From Nymphaea colorata (Eukaryota), in NCBI RefSeq assembly GCF_008831285.2, contig NC_045138.2, forward strand, positions 24,490,001 to 24,554,000: a stretch of 64,000 bases of DNA, given 5' to 3'. The notes beneath the pieces were generated by a model. It saw only the letters and a list, made by a program, of their open reading frames with translations. It made no database searches and was not told the DNA's origin. The position numbers and the translations under genes are program-made. Position 1 is the first letter of the stretch; each line of letters begins with the position of its first letter. Below, one piece after another: positions 50,162 through 63,242 of this stretch.

Positions 50162-52410
50162 TCTCATTAGTTTTAGCTTCATTACAGCCTGCACCCATCA
50201 CGTCCTTTTGGACTTAGAGGCATTCACCGGGCCCAACTGCCCAAAGCTTAAATGGACCCTGCTGGACCCATAAAGCTCATCATGAAATGGACTCGAAGTC
50301 AGGCGCCCGAGCTGTCACGGCCGGTTCTTGTCGTGGGCTTGCTGCGGATTGGCCGGACATTGAAGACGACCTTCTCAGGCTGCCATTTTTAGTGAAAACG
50401 CTTTCTGGCATTTATCTGGATCAAGGTATTCCAATTGTGGGATCTTGTCCGCCGCGAGAGATTTAACTCTGGTTAATTGTTCATATATATATATATATGT
50501 ATGTATGAAGAAATTACATTATCAACATGTAGAAGTTTAATTGAATGGCGCAGGTCCGGGGGGCAGACCAGGCCGAGGAAAGAAGCTAAGACGCACCTAT
50601 CCATGTCTTTGTGGAGGTGGGTTCCACCCACATGATGCGGTCTGCGCTTAAGTGGGTACGAGACCGAGGTACTGGATCTGCCTTCAATGTAGCGGGCTTT
50701 CTTCTCTTTTTCATATGTGAAGTGATGTTTCTTATAAAGCTATTGGTTCCCTTGCCATATACGGCAGAAACAACTTGAGGCCTAACTTTAGACAAATGTG
50801 GCACGTAAGTTTAAGACTTGAAAATGACAACCATGCACATTAAAAGCATACATGCTGCCGATTCAAACTTTATTGCAAGGCAAGGAAAAAGTAGGTTATT
50901 TACTTGTTCATGGAAACAGTAACAAAAGCTATCGTTTTGTTGCTTCGCCTTTCACCTTCCTATATCTCCAGCTCCATGAATCTCTAATCCCAACTTGCAA
51001 TATACTGGTAACTCTTTACTGCTGATGTTGTTGTTAGTAGTATCTTGTTTTTAATTTGGGATATAAGAGAATATATATAAGTGTTACCAATTGTCTCCTG
51101 GTTTTGTGGTAGCACCAAATGATGCTATAGATAAATGTTAAACAACATGGTCATGAATAACTAGAGGTTATGTGGCAAGCAGAATAGTATATGAATTTGT
51201 CTTAAAATTGGGGCAGATTCATGCAGCGCTTTGAAATCTGTTCTATAAAATTGTCCCAACTTTTAATAGACATTAGTGAAACGTTTTCAGGCCATGAAGA
51301 CCACTTTAACTTGACTTCCTAGAAAAGCAGGCTTTTGAAGCTGGAAACTATGTCCTTCTCTTAAAGCAAGAGAAACTTAGGGAAACTCATTCGTCATTAA
51401 CCGAGATTTGGATTTTTTTCCTTTTTAATTATGGGAAGCTTGCATCTTAAGTAATTCCTTCCTCCTTTTCGATTGAATTTTTTTTTTCATCGTTTTCTTG
51501 AAACTTATTCTTTATATAAAGTACTTGGGTCAGAGTTCTTAAAGGCATGGGGGCACGACTGATGCGGTTTATAAAAAATAAACCTGGCCAAAAGCGTTAG
51601 TGCCTTTAGAATGTCTGAGGTCAAAAAGATTTTAAAAATTTGAGAATGCCAAAATATATTATACTCTTTTACTTACAATTTGAAAGGGAAGTATAGATCG
51701 AAAATATAGGAATGTAAATATAGCTTCTAAAGGTCACTCAACAAATATTACACAAAATTTGCAGATGTACTTTCCAAAAGTTTTTATTTTTTATTAAAAT
51801 TTTAAAACTTGTTGCTTAAGAAAAGGTTCCAAGATAGAGCACATTCACTCTCTTATGTATTAGTAAAAAGCAAATGCACACAAACAGCATCTTTGGAGGC
51901 TAAATATTATTTAAATAATACATGCACAGAAACGTAGGGGCCGACCTGTCCATGCATTGCTGCTATTCTCAGTTTTACTCTTTATTGCTTGAACTCATAT
52001 ATATATATAGCTTCTTTGGGAATGGTAGCCCTCAATCATCGTCACTTCTTTTTCATTTGTATATGGGCCGGTGGGATTCTCATGGCAGTGCCAACAGTTA
52101 TTTAATTGCAGAAGTTAAACAGATTTAAAAGTTCAAACCTATTTATGTTGATGAAAGTAAGATGGTCGACAAAGAAAACAAGGAAACCTCGACATATTAA
52201 TGAACAGTGTTCGGAACCGATCTGGCCTAGACGTTTCTTCTACACAATGTTCGCATTTAATGACTGGAAAGTAAAGATCTAGTTGCATCTTATTTAGATT
52301 TCAAAAGTATGTGTCATCATCTTGTGAATAAGAGGTTAAGATTTTGAATCCAGGGCGCACATGGGGGAGGTCAACTGTCATCCCAAGAACCCATGGTGCT
52401 CTACTCCAAC

Positions 52411-52746
52411 TAGGGCTGCACAACGAGCCGAGCCAACTTGGGCTACACTCGAACACCCTTGAAAAAACTCAGCTCGTCGTTTATAAACAAGCTAAGTTCG
52501 AGCTTACAAAGATTCTCAAAACAATAAACAGGTCGAGTTGACTTGACTCGTAAACCGGTACTTTATGTAATATTATCAAAACCAGTTTACCAAATCTAAA
52601 TGAGTTAAACGAGTCGAGTTCAAACTCGATTTTGTGTTGTCGAGCCGAGCTCAAACTTGCTATAAGGAGGTCGACTTGAGTTTTTTGAGTTGAGCCGAGC
52701 TCGAGCCGGCCAAGCTTCGGATCAACTCGGCTCGTGTGCAGCCCTC
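52411..52746. mobile_element. hAT-type MITE (TAGGGCTGCA family)
   Basis: TIRs TAGGGCTGCACAACGAGCCGAG ... CTCGGCTCGTGTGCAGCCCTC with many GAGCCGAGC/CTCGA subrepeats. 8 bp TSD ACTCCAAC / ACTTCAAC (7/8). Confidence 0.85.
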
Positions 52747-55700
52747 ACTTCAACCATGTCTCAACTCATACTTTTTTTAATTATTATTAATTATGTTGAA
52801 TAAACACACCCAGGTCAAGTTCAACAGACTTTTTGCTCGCTCCATAGCATAACACTGCAAATGCCCTCCTCTAGGGCATAAAGCTGCTCCAGCTTGCGGT
52901 AAATGTGACACTTACGATACTCGAACAAGTGACCAATCTTCTACCAACCACATGTAAGGTGCGTACTTAGTTTGAGCTTTCGCGTAAATTTCTTAATTAT
53001 GTATTTAGTGTTTTATGAAAAATAAATTCTGGTTCCACCCCTCTGTCAGCATCCAACAAGTAGCCAGGTCAGACCAGAATCCCTCCACGACAGCTCCAAG
53101 ATCCATCAGTTTTCTGTTTGGTCCTAATGGACGTCGTCAGATCCAATAGAGTGCACCAGTATTGACCGATCCAGAGAGAACATGGTGAATCATGTATGGT
53201 TGGATCCCCGTGGACATAAGATGAAACCCAGATGGCCGGATCTGGATGAGAAGCATGGCATGTTCCTGTATATCTACCATGTTCCTCAAGCTGCCGCCCT
53301 CGTGAAAGTGCAAATCCTATTTGTTGGACTTTAAAATCGGATCAGATTGAAGCCTACCGCTGTAGCTGGCCAATGAAAAAACATAAAAAATTACATTGAC
53401 AAAAATAAAAATTTTTAATTGCGCCATGTAATTTTTGAATTTGAATTCAATTTGGCCCTACCCGAATCCAGCCCCTAAAAAAAATCCTAGCTCCGCCCGT
53501 CGGCTGGGGGTTTACAAAATCCCTCCATAAACGGCTTCTATATGCTCTAACTTGTGCAAAGAGTTGACGATTGAACTAGAAGTGTCCGGATTTTAACTGA
53601 ATGCTGAAGCTCTTTGTTGAATGCAGAAGTCTTACTCAACCTTAGAATCAGTGTTTTGGGCTGATGTCTCTTCAACTTGTATATCGATGAGGAGTTGACG
53701 CCTTCGTAATTGAAAGTTTAGAATGGTTTCTCATTCAACGTACTTAAAATCTCCATGAACATTTGCTTTAATTTTAATGAAAAATACTGATGCTTTTTGG
53801 ATGATCTTATGTTGTGCGGGCGCACCTTTCTTGTCCACAGGCAGCAGAGAAGGAAGTCGACAATTCACTCCACTTTTTCTATCGCGGCGAGAAAATGAAG
53901 AATGCCCAGATGGAACAATCCACAGATGAAGGCAAGCCAAACGCTTCTGATCCCTTGCCTGCAGAAACGCCTGTAGGTTTTTACTCTTTCCAGAAAAGGC
54001 TGAAAAAAGCACACACCTTGGTGCTTTTCTTTTGCCAGACTTGGGATTTGGGCTTAAAAACTTCAACCAAGCTGAAAAGGGACAAAATCTTCAATCCCCG
54101 AGGTACGCTTCTCCCGGCAGAGATTGGTGGTGGTCTCCCTCACCCCAGTCGGGATGTGGAAGATAAAACTGAAGATCAAGTCCTTAAATGGGAGGTGCCA
54201 AAACAAGAAAACAGTCATTTATGTCTCCCATATGATCTATCAAAGGTTTAACTCGCCGTTTTTGGGTTCTTTCTCGCATGTTCAAATGAACTCGGGTGAA
54301 GTTTCCCCCCCTTTGCGTTCTTTTAAATAAGATTCAACGAGTAGTGTATTTTCCTGGCTAAGACAAGAAATTCATGGTTCTCTCTGACGCCGATATAATG
54401 ATGGCAATAATTATGACCAGTGTGATATAATGACGAGAGGAATAGTGATAATAATGAGGAGTTGAGGTTCAATATCTTGGTGGACATTCAGTAGTCTCAA
54501 GTCTGTACTGTTAAAATCCTCCAAATTTGAGTCTCTGAAAATCAATCCTGATCCCCAACCGAACTGGTCCTCAGGATCCCCATGTGACTCCAACAGCCTA
54601 CTGCCGATTCATGTAGAGGTAGAATTTCTCATCAATCATCAAGGAATGATAGACCATTTGAAGAAGCCTACCGCTGTAGCTGGCTAGATACGTGGTCTTC
54701 GTTCGCAGGCACGAAGCAGACGATTTTAGCAGGCTGTGGCAGAAGCACCCACCAATCGCCGTGGACATTCTGACCATTGATTGAGACTACTCACCAATGT
54801 TGCAGTCAAGAAGGAAATTGACTTCCATGGAAGAAAAAAAGAAGGTAAGAGAAAGAGAGAATGGTCCAGTGCCATTTTTCCGTAGCTTTGCTCACCAATT
54901 GCACCCTTAAAGAGACAAACAGTTAAAAAGACAGAGCGAGTTATGAGACGTCGCTTTAGTCCCTCTGAGGGAGCAATGTTATGGAATTTGAGGCACTCGA
55001 GGAGGCTCAGTGCACGCCCTGGTTCAATGTGGCTAAGCGGGCATAAGCAGGTCTGATCCTTATGTGACTACTCATATTTTGACGGCCCTTTCCTTTTAGA
55101 TATATTACACATACAAGTATAAAAGAGATCTCTGTATCTCACAGGTTTTGAATCTTATGCTCTCTTTTCCCTCTCCTAGTCAATAACTTGTCGAATTGAC
55201 ATTGATTTGCCTAAAAATATTTTAAAAATAGATGAAAGGTTCCGAGTTCAAAGACTACGGCGCCACTTTTGCTGCAACACCGCATTGTTGAAGTCTTCTC
55301 TTCTGAGGATGATGAGATATTGCAAGTGATAAAAAGGCAATCGGCATGAAAAAAAGGCTGCGTTTACAATACGTTGACCATCCTCAGATGGGGTCATTTT
55401 CTTTGACTGCTTTTCTCCTTCGATGTGATCATGGTTCTGTTCAGCATTCAAGGAAGACGATTAAAGGGGAGCCCCTCGGCAGCTTGTGTCAGTGAGAAGC
55501 GCGCCCTCTGGTTCGTTTCTTTCGCGAATAAGGCTTGGAACTCACCTTTAATAGGACCATACGAAAAGCTAACTAAAATCATGATAGTTTTCACAGCCTG
55601 GTCCTCAAAGAAAACAACGATGTGTGAGCGACGTGTGGCCTATAAAGGCTACAGTTTATGGTAACCCTTTAGAAAATTAAAATTGATTGTGTTCACCAAT

Positions 55701-56387
55701 GTTTTGGTTAAAATATGAATGATCTTTCATATTTATGTTTACATACATTATATATAAAGTGTTTATAAAAGTTTCAGCAGCAAGTGCGTTTTTGTATCTG
55801 CACATACATGTTTATGTCCGAAAGCTCGACGGTCGTGCAAACGGAAAGATAAATCTTTCTGGGTATAAATAACTTTATACAGAAAAAGTGATCAGTTATT
55901 TTTTTTTGTTTGGTTTTGCTAAGTTTTTGTGCCAAAAAGAATGTGAATATGTGTTGTTTTTGAGGTTTGGGATCTGATGTTTTTAGTCAGACTGGTATTT
56001 GAAATTAATTTATGTATTTATCCTTTCATTTTATATATTTCATTCTCTGAGATGTACGTGACTAGAAAAGCATGTGATTCCTTTTGATGTGACCAGGGTT
56101 CAGCCCCCTAACGGCTTTATGCGCTGTGCAAGGGATTAGAATTTAGAAGTAAGGCTTTTTGGTAGGTTTCTAATTACTTGACAACCTCCCATTTCTCTTA
56201 CTCGGATGTTCTCCTGTTGGTTTTCCGCTTCTGCGTTTCATGCTTGAACTGAAGTTTTCTTGTTGGGTATGTGAACAAGGCCTGCATTTGATCCTTCATT
56301 ACTCCAATGGAAACTGAGGTTTCTTTTTGTTTTCTTTCTGTTTAATGCTTTTTTTGTTTCTTTTCCTGATCATATTCAGAGAAAGAG

Positions 56388-56684
56388 ATGCGCGTGGTTG
56401 AGAAATTGGCATGGGCGAACGAGCAGAGCAAGAGATGTTGCAGGAGACTGTATTGGAGAGTTAGAGCAGAGATCAGGAAGGCCGTCAAGAGCATGACGAA
56501 CGAGCGACGGCTGGTGTTTCGGTATGATGCCTCCAGTTATGCTCTCAATTTTGATGATGGCGATGCAAGTTCAAGTGGGTACCTCGACGACGCCTTGATC
56601 TTCGCCCTCTGGCTCATTCTTTTCATCTACAAAGCTAAGATGCAGAACCTGATGGAAATTTCAGTGGGAGGAGGAGAAATGTAG
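56388..56684 (+). CDS. Small uncharacterised plant protein with F.YD.SSYALNFDDG motif, 98 aa
   Basis: Basic helix CCRRLYWRVRAEIRKAVK followed by FRYDASSYALNFDDG. A polypyrimidine tract and CAG acceptor lie 8 nt before the ATG (5'UTR intron). The C-terminal end is less certain. Confidence 0.8.
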   Translation: MRVVEKLAWANEQSKRCCRRLYWRVRAEIRKAVKSMTNERRLVFRYDASSYALNFDDGDASSSGYLDDALIFALWLILFIYKAKMQNLMEISVGGGEM

Positions 56685-59600
56685 GAATGTTGCTAACTCG
56701 TTTTTAATTGGAATCAACACTGTATTTTCTTGTCCTGAAGTTATTCATCAGTTCATATCGTCTTTTCCATCTTCTCCTGATCCCTTTCTTCGTCGTGTTC
56801 TTATATATATCTATATCTTATGTTTTAATCTGTTTCTATCCTGGCGTTTATTTTATGAATTCTTGATAAATTCTTGGGCATTGCTTCTCTTTGCATCTGC
56901 AATGGAAAGAATAAAGGAGATGTCAGGCTTTTGAGATATAGATGTCCTCGAATATCTCGCACCAGGCAATCTTCGAATAAGTTAGTCGATAAAAGATAAT
57001 ACTGGAAAGTAGTTTTTGTAGCTGCATAAACTGAGAAAAGCCATATTATCAGCTTTTATATTTGCTGCGGTTCACATCGTCCTAGCGCAAACGGCATGGA
57101 AAGCGATGAGGGAGACGAGATTGTGGGTCATTCGAACTCGCGTAGTATGAACTTCTCGGAGCTCGTGTAGTGCGAAGAACATATGTACTTTCATGGAACT
57201 CTTTAAGCAGTAACAAATCCATAACTATAGCATATATCTTAGATATTGTAGGGTAAACGTTTGGATTACAACAGATAATGCCAAAGCAGAACTCTGTATA
57301 CTTATTTTTGTGGAAGGAATCAGTTCAGGTGCAATGTTGTGAACATCGGTTTCCGAAGACTCACCTGAAGTTCAGCTTGTTTGGCATGGGCTCTCTGATG
57401 TGCATGAGCCGTTAAGCAGATAAGCTTGAATCCCATGTACTCATCTGTTCCACTCGTTGTTCATCTGTTTGATCAACGGCCGTTGAACACTTTGTGTGAA
57501 ACACAAGTTTTTGATGAAAGAAGAGATTGGAGATGACTGCTACACCCACAAGGAATACTTTCCCCTTAAAGTTTGGATGACACAGTTCGAGCTTTTCCCT
57601 TCCTATTTCCTTCACTTCATTGCCGAGGATAATTTTTGCATGAGGAAAACATATCTTAGCAATCAAACATGGCCGTAAGTTTAGTTGGGAGGAATTAAAT
57701 ATATGTTTTTCCCCCGAAAGAGTTGCTTAGAGGAGGAACGAACGACTTTAATTTCCAGTGCACCACTTGAGCACCCGATCTAACTAGTGCAGTTCGTCTC
57801 TGTTTCTCTCAACCAAATTCAAAGAGCAATCCCTATCATTTCTTGGCCGGAACGAGAGCAACTCATTAATCGAAGGCCTGCGGAGTTTCTGGCAGCCTTT
57901 GGTGGATCAAGTTACTCGATCGGTTTGAAACCTGAACGAATTTGAATTATGCTTATCAATTTTGGCGAAAAACCAATTCCAGTACCAATTGGGTTTGTAT
58001 TTGATATGTAACTTTGGTCCCAAATCTTAATCTGTGTCTCAAATCACAGATACTTGATAAGAATAAAAAGGATTTGAGCCATGTTGCAAATACTAAAAGC
58101 TTAGAATTTAAAAGATTTGGGGTCTAGGAAAAGTTAAAGATATCTGGTCTGGTCCAAGATCCAATTAAGCTAGCCGGGAGTGACTCTGGATCTTGTTTAC
58201 TACTGCGATTTGCTCCAAAGCACTAAAATGCTCTAATTCCTTTTTTAGCTCCATTTTCGCATAAATTTTAACCATGGTTTCTTTTTCTGAACAACATTAC
58301 AAACACGAGCAACACCTTTAGGTGGAAATTTCAAGCGTTATCGAACTCCCCCATGTCATAGCTGGTCGGATTATAGGCCTGCAAAACGATATATTTTTAG
58401 TTAAGTTCGATACCTGTGAGTACTAATCGTTTTTGTATTAAGCGGTGAGATGCTTAAGTTGAATTGAAGGATACATCGCAGAGACATCTTTAAATATCTG
58501 TTATGTATATAAATACTCTTTCAAACATGAAAATATGTAAAGAGTGCTCCCTTCAATTCTTTTTTTTGACTCTACCATTAGTACATCGTTGTCATCATTT
58601 ATGTCGATGCCGCTTAAAACCTAGAAACAGAAGTTAAGTGGAGACCTTATATATATATATGTATATATAGTCTTCATAAACAAAGATATATATGGACACC
58701 ATTATAGGAGAAGCAGCTATCGTGATATTGTTTGAGTCACCAAGTTGATGGATCGCGTTTGAATCTCATTGACATGTACATGCAGGTGGCTGGAAGCTTC
58801 GTTGGCTTTTCTTGGAAGCAACAGCTGAACGTGTTTCTTTCGAAGTATGGACTTTGTCTCCTCGGTGGTGGTGAGGGTCTCCCTCCTTGACTTACTCTGA
58901 AAAGGAAGACTCAGGATTCTACGGTTCCCGTTTGGCAACAGCCAACAGGCATAGAAAAAAGCATTGTGAAGTCCGCCTAATTATCTCCGAGAAGTTCGCC
59001 GAAATAGAGTGCCATCAAACAAATCCTTGTTCACATGCTGCTCGTGATAAAATGAATTAAAAGATCAGTTGCGAACTTAGGATGAGAGAAGAAAGAAATT
59101 CTTATTTGAGTCGGTCAAGTTGCTCATCAGTTTCTTGTACCGAGGGTCTTGGAATTGGTTTTAGAGATTTTGAGTACCTGAAGCAAATCCTTTCCTCTTA
59201 AGTTGGGATAAGATTCTGTATCTATTAAACTGTAAGTTGGGATCTCTGCTTGTTTAATTATCCTTCATAGAATTGATGCAGTGTTTCATTTGTTAATACT
59301 AACACTAACACTAAAAGTTAGATCTATAGCCAGGATATGTTTTTTTTTTTTTTTTTTTTTAAAAAAAAGGATCGCAAAGTGTCTGCTTGGGACATGATTT
59401 TGAAGACATTTTGTCTCATTTTTTGTTTCAACAAAATAAAACATGAAATATAAATCGGATGTATATGTGTCTTGATTTTTACGTTGATTTCTGTACCACT
59501 TCAGGCAACGAGGTACGAAAAATAAGTACACGGAAGATGTTGATATTCTTGTGATTGACAACGCGTTGCCTAAGTGTGTCAAACACGCCTTTAAAGGTCT

Positions 59601-59836
59601 TAAATTCGAAGCTCTGTTGCAGTAAAGACCGAGCTGTTGTTAGCCATTAAAACTAATCGGATGTATTATTTCGCAAAGATGGTAGGTGAGTTATTGCTGG
59701 GCCATGACAGAATTAAAAATAGGAACTGCTATGTAAATTTCTATCTTAGCGTGACCATGACTTAAAAATCAATTCATTAATGCTATGTAAATTTTCTAAC
59801 TGGAAAGTTCTCTCTTAGCATGACCTTGACTATACA

Positions 59837-60030
59837 CAGGGGCGAAGCCAAGGGCCCCCCATAGGCCTGGCCCCACATCACATCAATTTTTTTTTTAAAA
59901 TTTACATGTAAATTTTAAAAATTTTTACTTGTCCTATATAATAATTTTGAAAAATGATAGTTATGTCCGTGTCAAAATTTAGAAACATTAGTTCAGCTTT
60001 TCTCATGAAATTTTTTTATATCTGCCCCTG
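59837..60030. mobile_element. hAT-type MITE (CAGGGG...CCCCTG family)
   Basis: TIRs CAGGGGCGAAG / TCTGCCCCTG; perfect 8 bp TSD ACTATACA on both sides. Confidence 0.88.
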
Positions 60031-61617
60031 ACTATACATAGCCATATATTATATGCTTGTTGGCAAGTTAACAACTAAACAGGAAAAAAAAAGCCAATCA
60101 CACCGACACACTCTCTCTTTACCAGAACATGAAGAATTAAGACACTGGATAATGTGTGAAACTTCCCTCTTAACTTCTATATATATATATATATAGTTTG
60201 GATCTTTTTGTTGACTTGGTATTTTTTTCACAACCTCACCACCTACTCAGATGCAGTTAGACTTTTCAAATTATAAGATAAAAAATCACTAAACTGTATA
60301 TAATTTTTTCCCTAGGAAGGACTAGATCCAGACCTGGTTTCAATTTTGGTACCTTTGCATTGTAAACTAACTGGGTCTGAATTACCCATTGGTAGCTGAC
60401 CCGCCACCAAAACTCAGAACCAAAAAGAAAAAAACCGCAAATGAGTATCGTTTTTAATCTACTTCAAGGGGGAAAATAGAAGATGCGTAAGGAATCAAAA
60501 CCTAACCAGCCAAGTACATAAGAATCAATCAAGAAATTGCTTGGAAACTTCTCCTTACGTTTTTAGAATGCTGCCTGTTGGCAGACTACAGCTACCATCT
60601 TCAATAAATAATATATATATATATATATATATTATAATTTACATGAATTTTATGGGAGACTTTCTCTGAGTATATGCTTGGGTTATAAAGATTTTGATAT
60701 TTTAAAACGAGAAAGTTGTCAATTTTCAAATAGTAGAAACACATATTTATGAGTTTGTGAAAAGTGGAAACCAAAAAGCCCCGAGAATCTTGGTCGATAG
60801 AGTTGTACATACTGCATATTATTCAAGAATATGAGTTTGAATTTTGAAAGGTACGTCATTCAGTTGTAGTAATCAAAATTTTTATGAACTGCGATGCTGA
60901 TCTTTTGCCGACCAAATACTGTAGGTCTGTTTATTATGGCAAGGCGGCTGGGAAGGCGCAGATCCCTTTAAATTTACAAACTAAAAGATAAAACTTACAT
61001 AGATTAAAAAAACTAGATGCCTGTTCTAAAAGTTTTTAAGCATATGAATCTCCGATAAAATTTTGACAAAAGAACCGGAGATTGCATGCGCCGAAACTTG
61101 AAAGGGGAAGCATTGAGAAGAAGACTTTTCAGGCTGCGATCGCAGGGCTGCCTACATAACGTGGATGAAGGAGAGAGGGAAGGGGAACGAGCCTGAGTCT
61201 GCCCACTCTCTCTTCCTTGTTTCCCGATTCCTCCAGATCACGCGCTTCATCTCACCCACGGCCACAACCTATTTAAGCCTCAAGACCGCCCACCCCCTTC
61301 GTTAGTTTCCTCCCCCTTCTCTCCTTTCTTACCCCGCGAACCACCCCTTTTCTTTTCTCACCACGCGCCCGCCCATTCGGAAAAGTCTTCGATTCATCTC
61401 TCTTTCCTCTTTTCTTTCTTCTTCTTTTGCTTCTTTTCGCCTGGTTGGGGGGTTTCGGTTCGACTGGCGGCGATTCTTCGTTGCTAAGGCGTTGGCGATC
61501 CTTATCCTTCGGTTTGCCAATTCTTGTTGATTGCGGGTCTCCACCCTCTGAAAATCTTTGCATCGGGCGTTGTTGACGTTGTTGATTGCCTTCGAGGCTT
61601 TTTCATGGTGTTTGACG

Positions 61618-61773
61618 ATGTTGGTGTCCGACGGGCCGAGCAATTTCAACTTTTGGGGGGAAGCCGCCGCCTTTCTCGGCGGCGATCAGTTGGATGATTC
61701 GGACGACTACTCAATCAGTGTTGAAAGATTCTATGACATATTAAACGAAAATCAGTCGCAAAATTCCTCTAAG
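61618..61773 (+). CDS. Exon 1 of a large gene, probably an SNF2-RING helicase-like (CHR27/28/FRG, Ris1-type) protein
   Basis: CT-rich leader; ACGATG start; MLVSDGPSNF...DDSDDYSISVERFYDILNE resembles, from memory, the acidic D..SID.E.FY.IL.E N-terminus of that family. Donor AAG|GTATGT. The catalytic domains are outside the window, so identity is inferred. Confidence 0.7.
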
Positions 61774-62613
61774 GTATGTGCTCTCTCTCTCTCTCTCTCG
61801 GACTGTTGAATTGCTTGTTCTTTTCTCGGATTCCATCAGTTATTCAGTTGGCTTCTTTGCCATCGAGGGAGCTGCTCCTCATCCGTTTGTTTGGTCTGAG
61901 AGGAAAATTCGACTGTTCTTTGTTTTGTATTACAAGATTTTCATGCGGTTCCATCCGTTTCTCCCTCTGTGTATGGAAAGAATTGCGTCCCGCGATCGTG
62001 CTATTTAAAATTCTACGGTGGCCTTATTATGGGTTCACGTGGAGTCACTATTGTCGCAATTGATCATTAATTGCCAGATCAGGAATAACAAACATCTTCA
62101 GTTATCATGCCCTTGGCATACTCGGGGCGTTCGGACGATTACTGGGTCACGATACTTGAAAGAGTGAAAACAAGATTAACATTTTTTTTATCCTTTCATA
62201 ACGATGGTTGGCATCTTAGTCTCCCCTTAGCTACTTGCATATTATCTAGGTTTGCATGTGTTTCTTGATTCTTGGAGTAGAGATTTTGGGGCACGATATT
62301 CTTTGTTGCAGCACGGTGGGTGGATTAGGAAAGCGATCGTTTGCGCTTGATGGAGATCAGTCTTGTATGAACAGTAGGAACCTTGCTGCCGCCGGTAATT
62401 ATTACGTTAAGCTAGCTACTGTTAGATCTGGTATGGAGTTGGTAAATCTATTCATTTGCGTAGAAGATGAATTGCTTTCTCATGTATGAACAAGTTAAGG
62501 TCAAGCACGGATTCCATTTCATCGTTCATCTTTGATGGGGAAATACGTCATAGTAAAATGACCTTCATGGGATTTCCATGGAACGCCGTTCCTGCTAGCC
62601 TTTATTAATCAAA

Positions 62614-62773
62614 TCTCTCTCTCTCTCTCTCTCACCCACACACCCACACACCCACACCCACACCCACACACCCACACACACCCCCACACCCACACCCACA
62701 CCCACACACACCCACACACACCCACACTCGCCCCACCCACACACCCACACACACACGCGCCCCACCCACACAC
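62614..62773. repeat. Compound microsatellite (CT)n plus irregular (CCCACA/CA)n in intron 1
   Basis: Seen directly; the minus strand is (TGGG/TG)n. Confidence 0.95.
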
Positions 62774-62984
62774 ATACATAGGGACAAAAATATGGGACGG
62801 AAGATGTATTTGTGTCTGTACCAAGAAAATCAGAATTGAGTTGGATTACTAGGTTCCTCTTCATAGTGCAGGACCGTAACATGTATTAGTTTTTGGGTAA
62901 GTGAGTGCCATCTTACCAAACAGTTACATATGCTTGGCTGTCTTTTCTAGAATCTAAGTTTTATTGTTTTTTGGTTGATAACAG

Positions 62985-63063
62985 GGTAATGTAGATGTTT
63001 CATCAATGAAAAGTGGATTTCTCATTCCAGAATTTCCTGAGATCCCCTCTGATTCTAAACATG
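62985..63063 (+). CDS. Exon 2 of the same gene
   Basis: ACAG|GGT ... CATG|GTAATA; GNVDVSSMKSGFLIPEFPEIPSDSKH. Phase 0 in and phase 1 out, fitting both neighbours. Confidence 0.7.
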
Positions 63064-63242
63064 GTAATAAAGTTGACTCATATAGATATTCCTTTTTCTT
63101 ACAATTTATTTTGTATTTTTTTCCTTCATGTGAAGGATGAACTGGTGAAGCTAGCGATTTGTTTACAGATTTAGATTTTTGTAAGCTCTTCCAATGGTAG
63201 TGGATTTGTACTTATATTTGCCAAAGTGGAATTAATTTTCAG

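Noticed and set aside
58461..58560. GAGTGCTCCCTTCAATTC resembling the complement of miR159/319
   Set aside because: Several mismatches, and only a 10 bp inverted pair (GAATTGAAGG/CCTTCAATTC); no miRNA/miRNA* hairpin.
58738..58891. FSWKQQLNVFLSKYGL...PP, faintly like a copia gag N-terminus
   Set aside because: Too short, and no LTR, PBS or continuation is visible.
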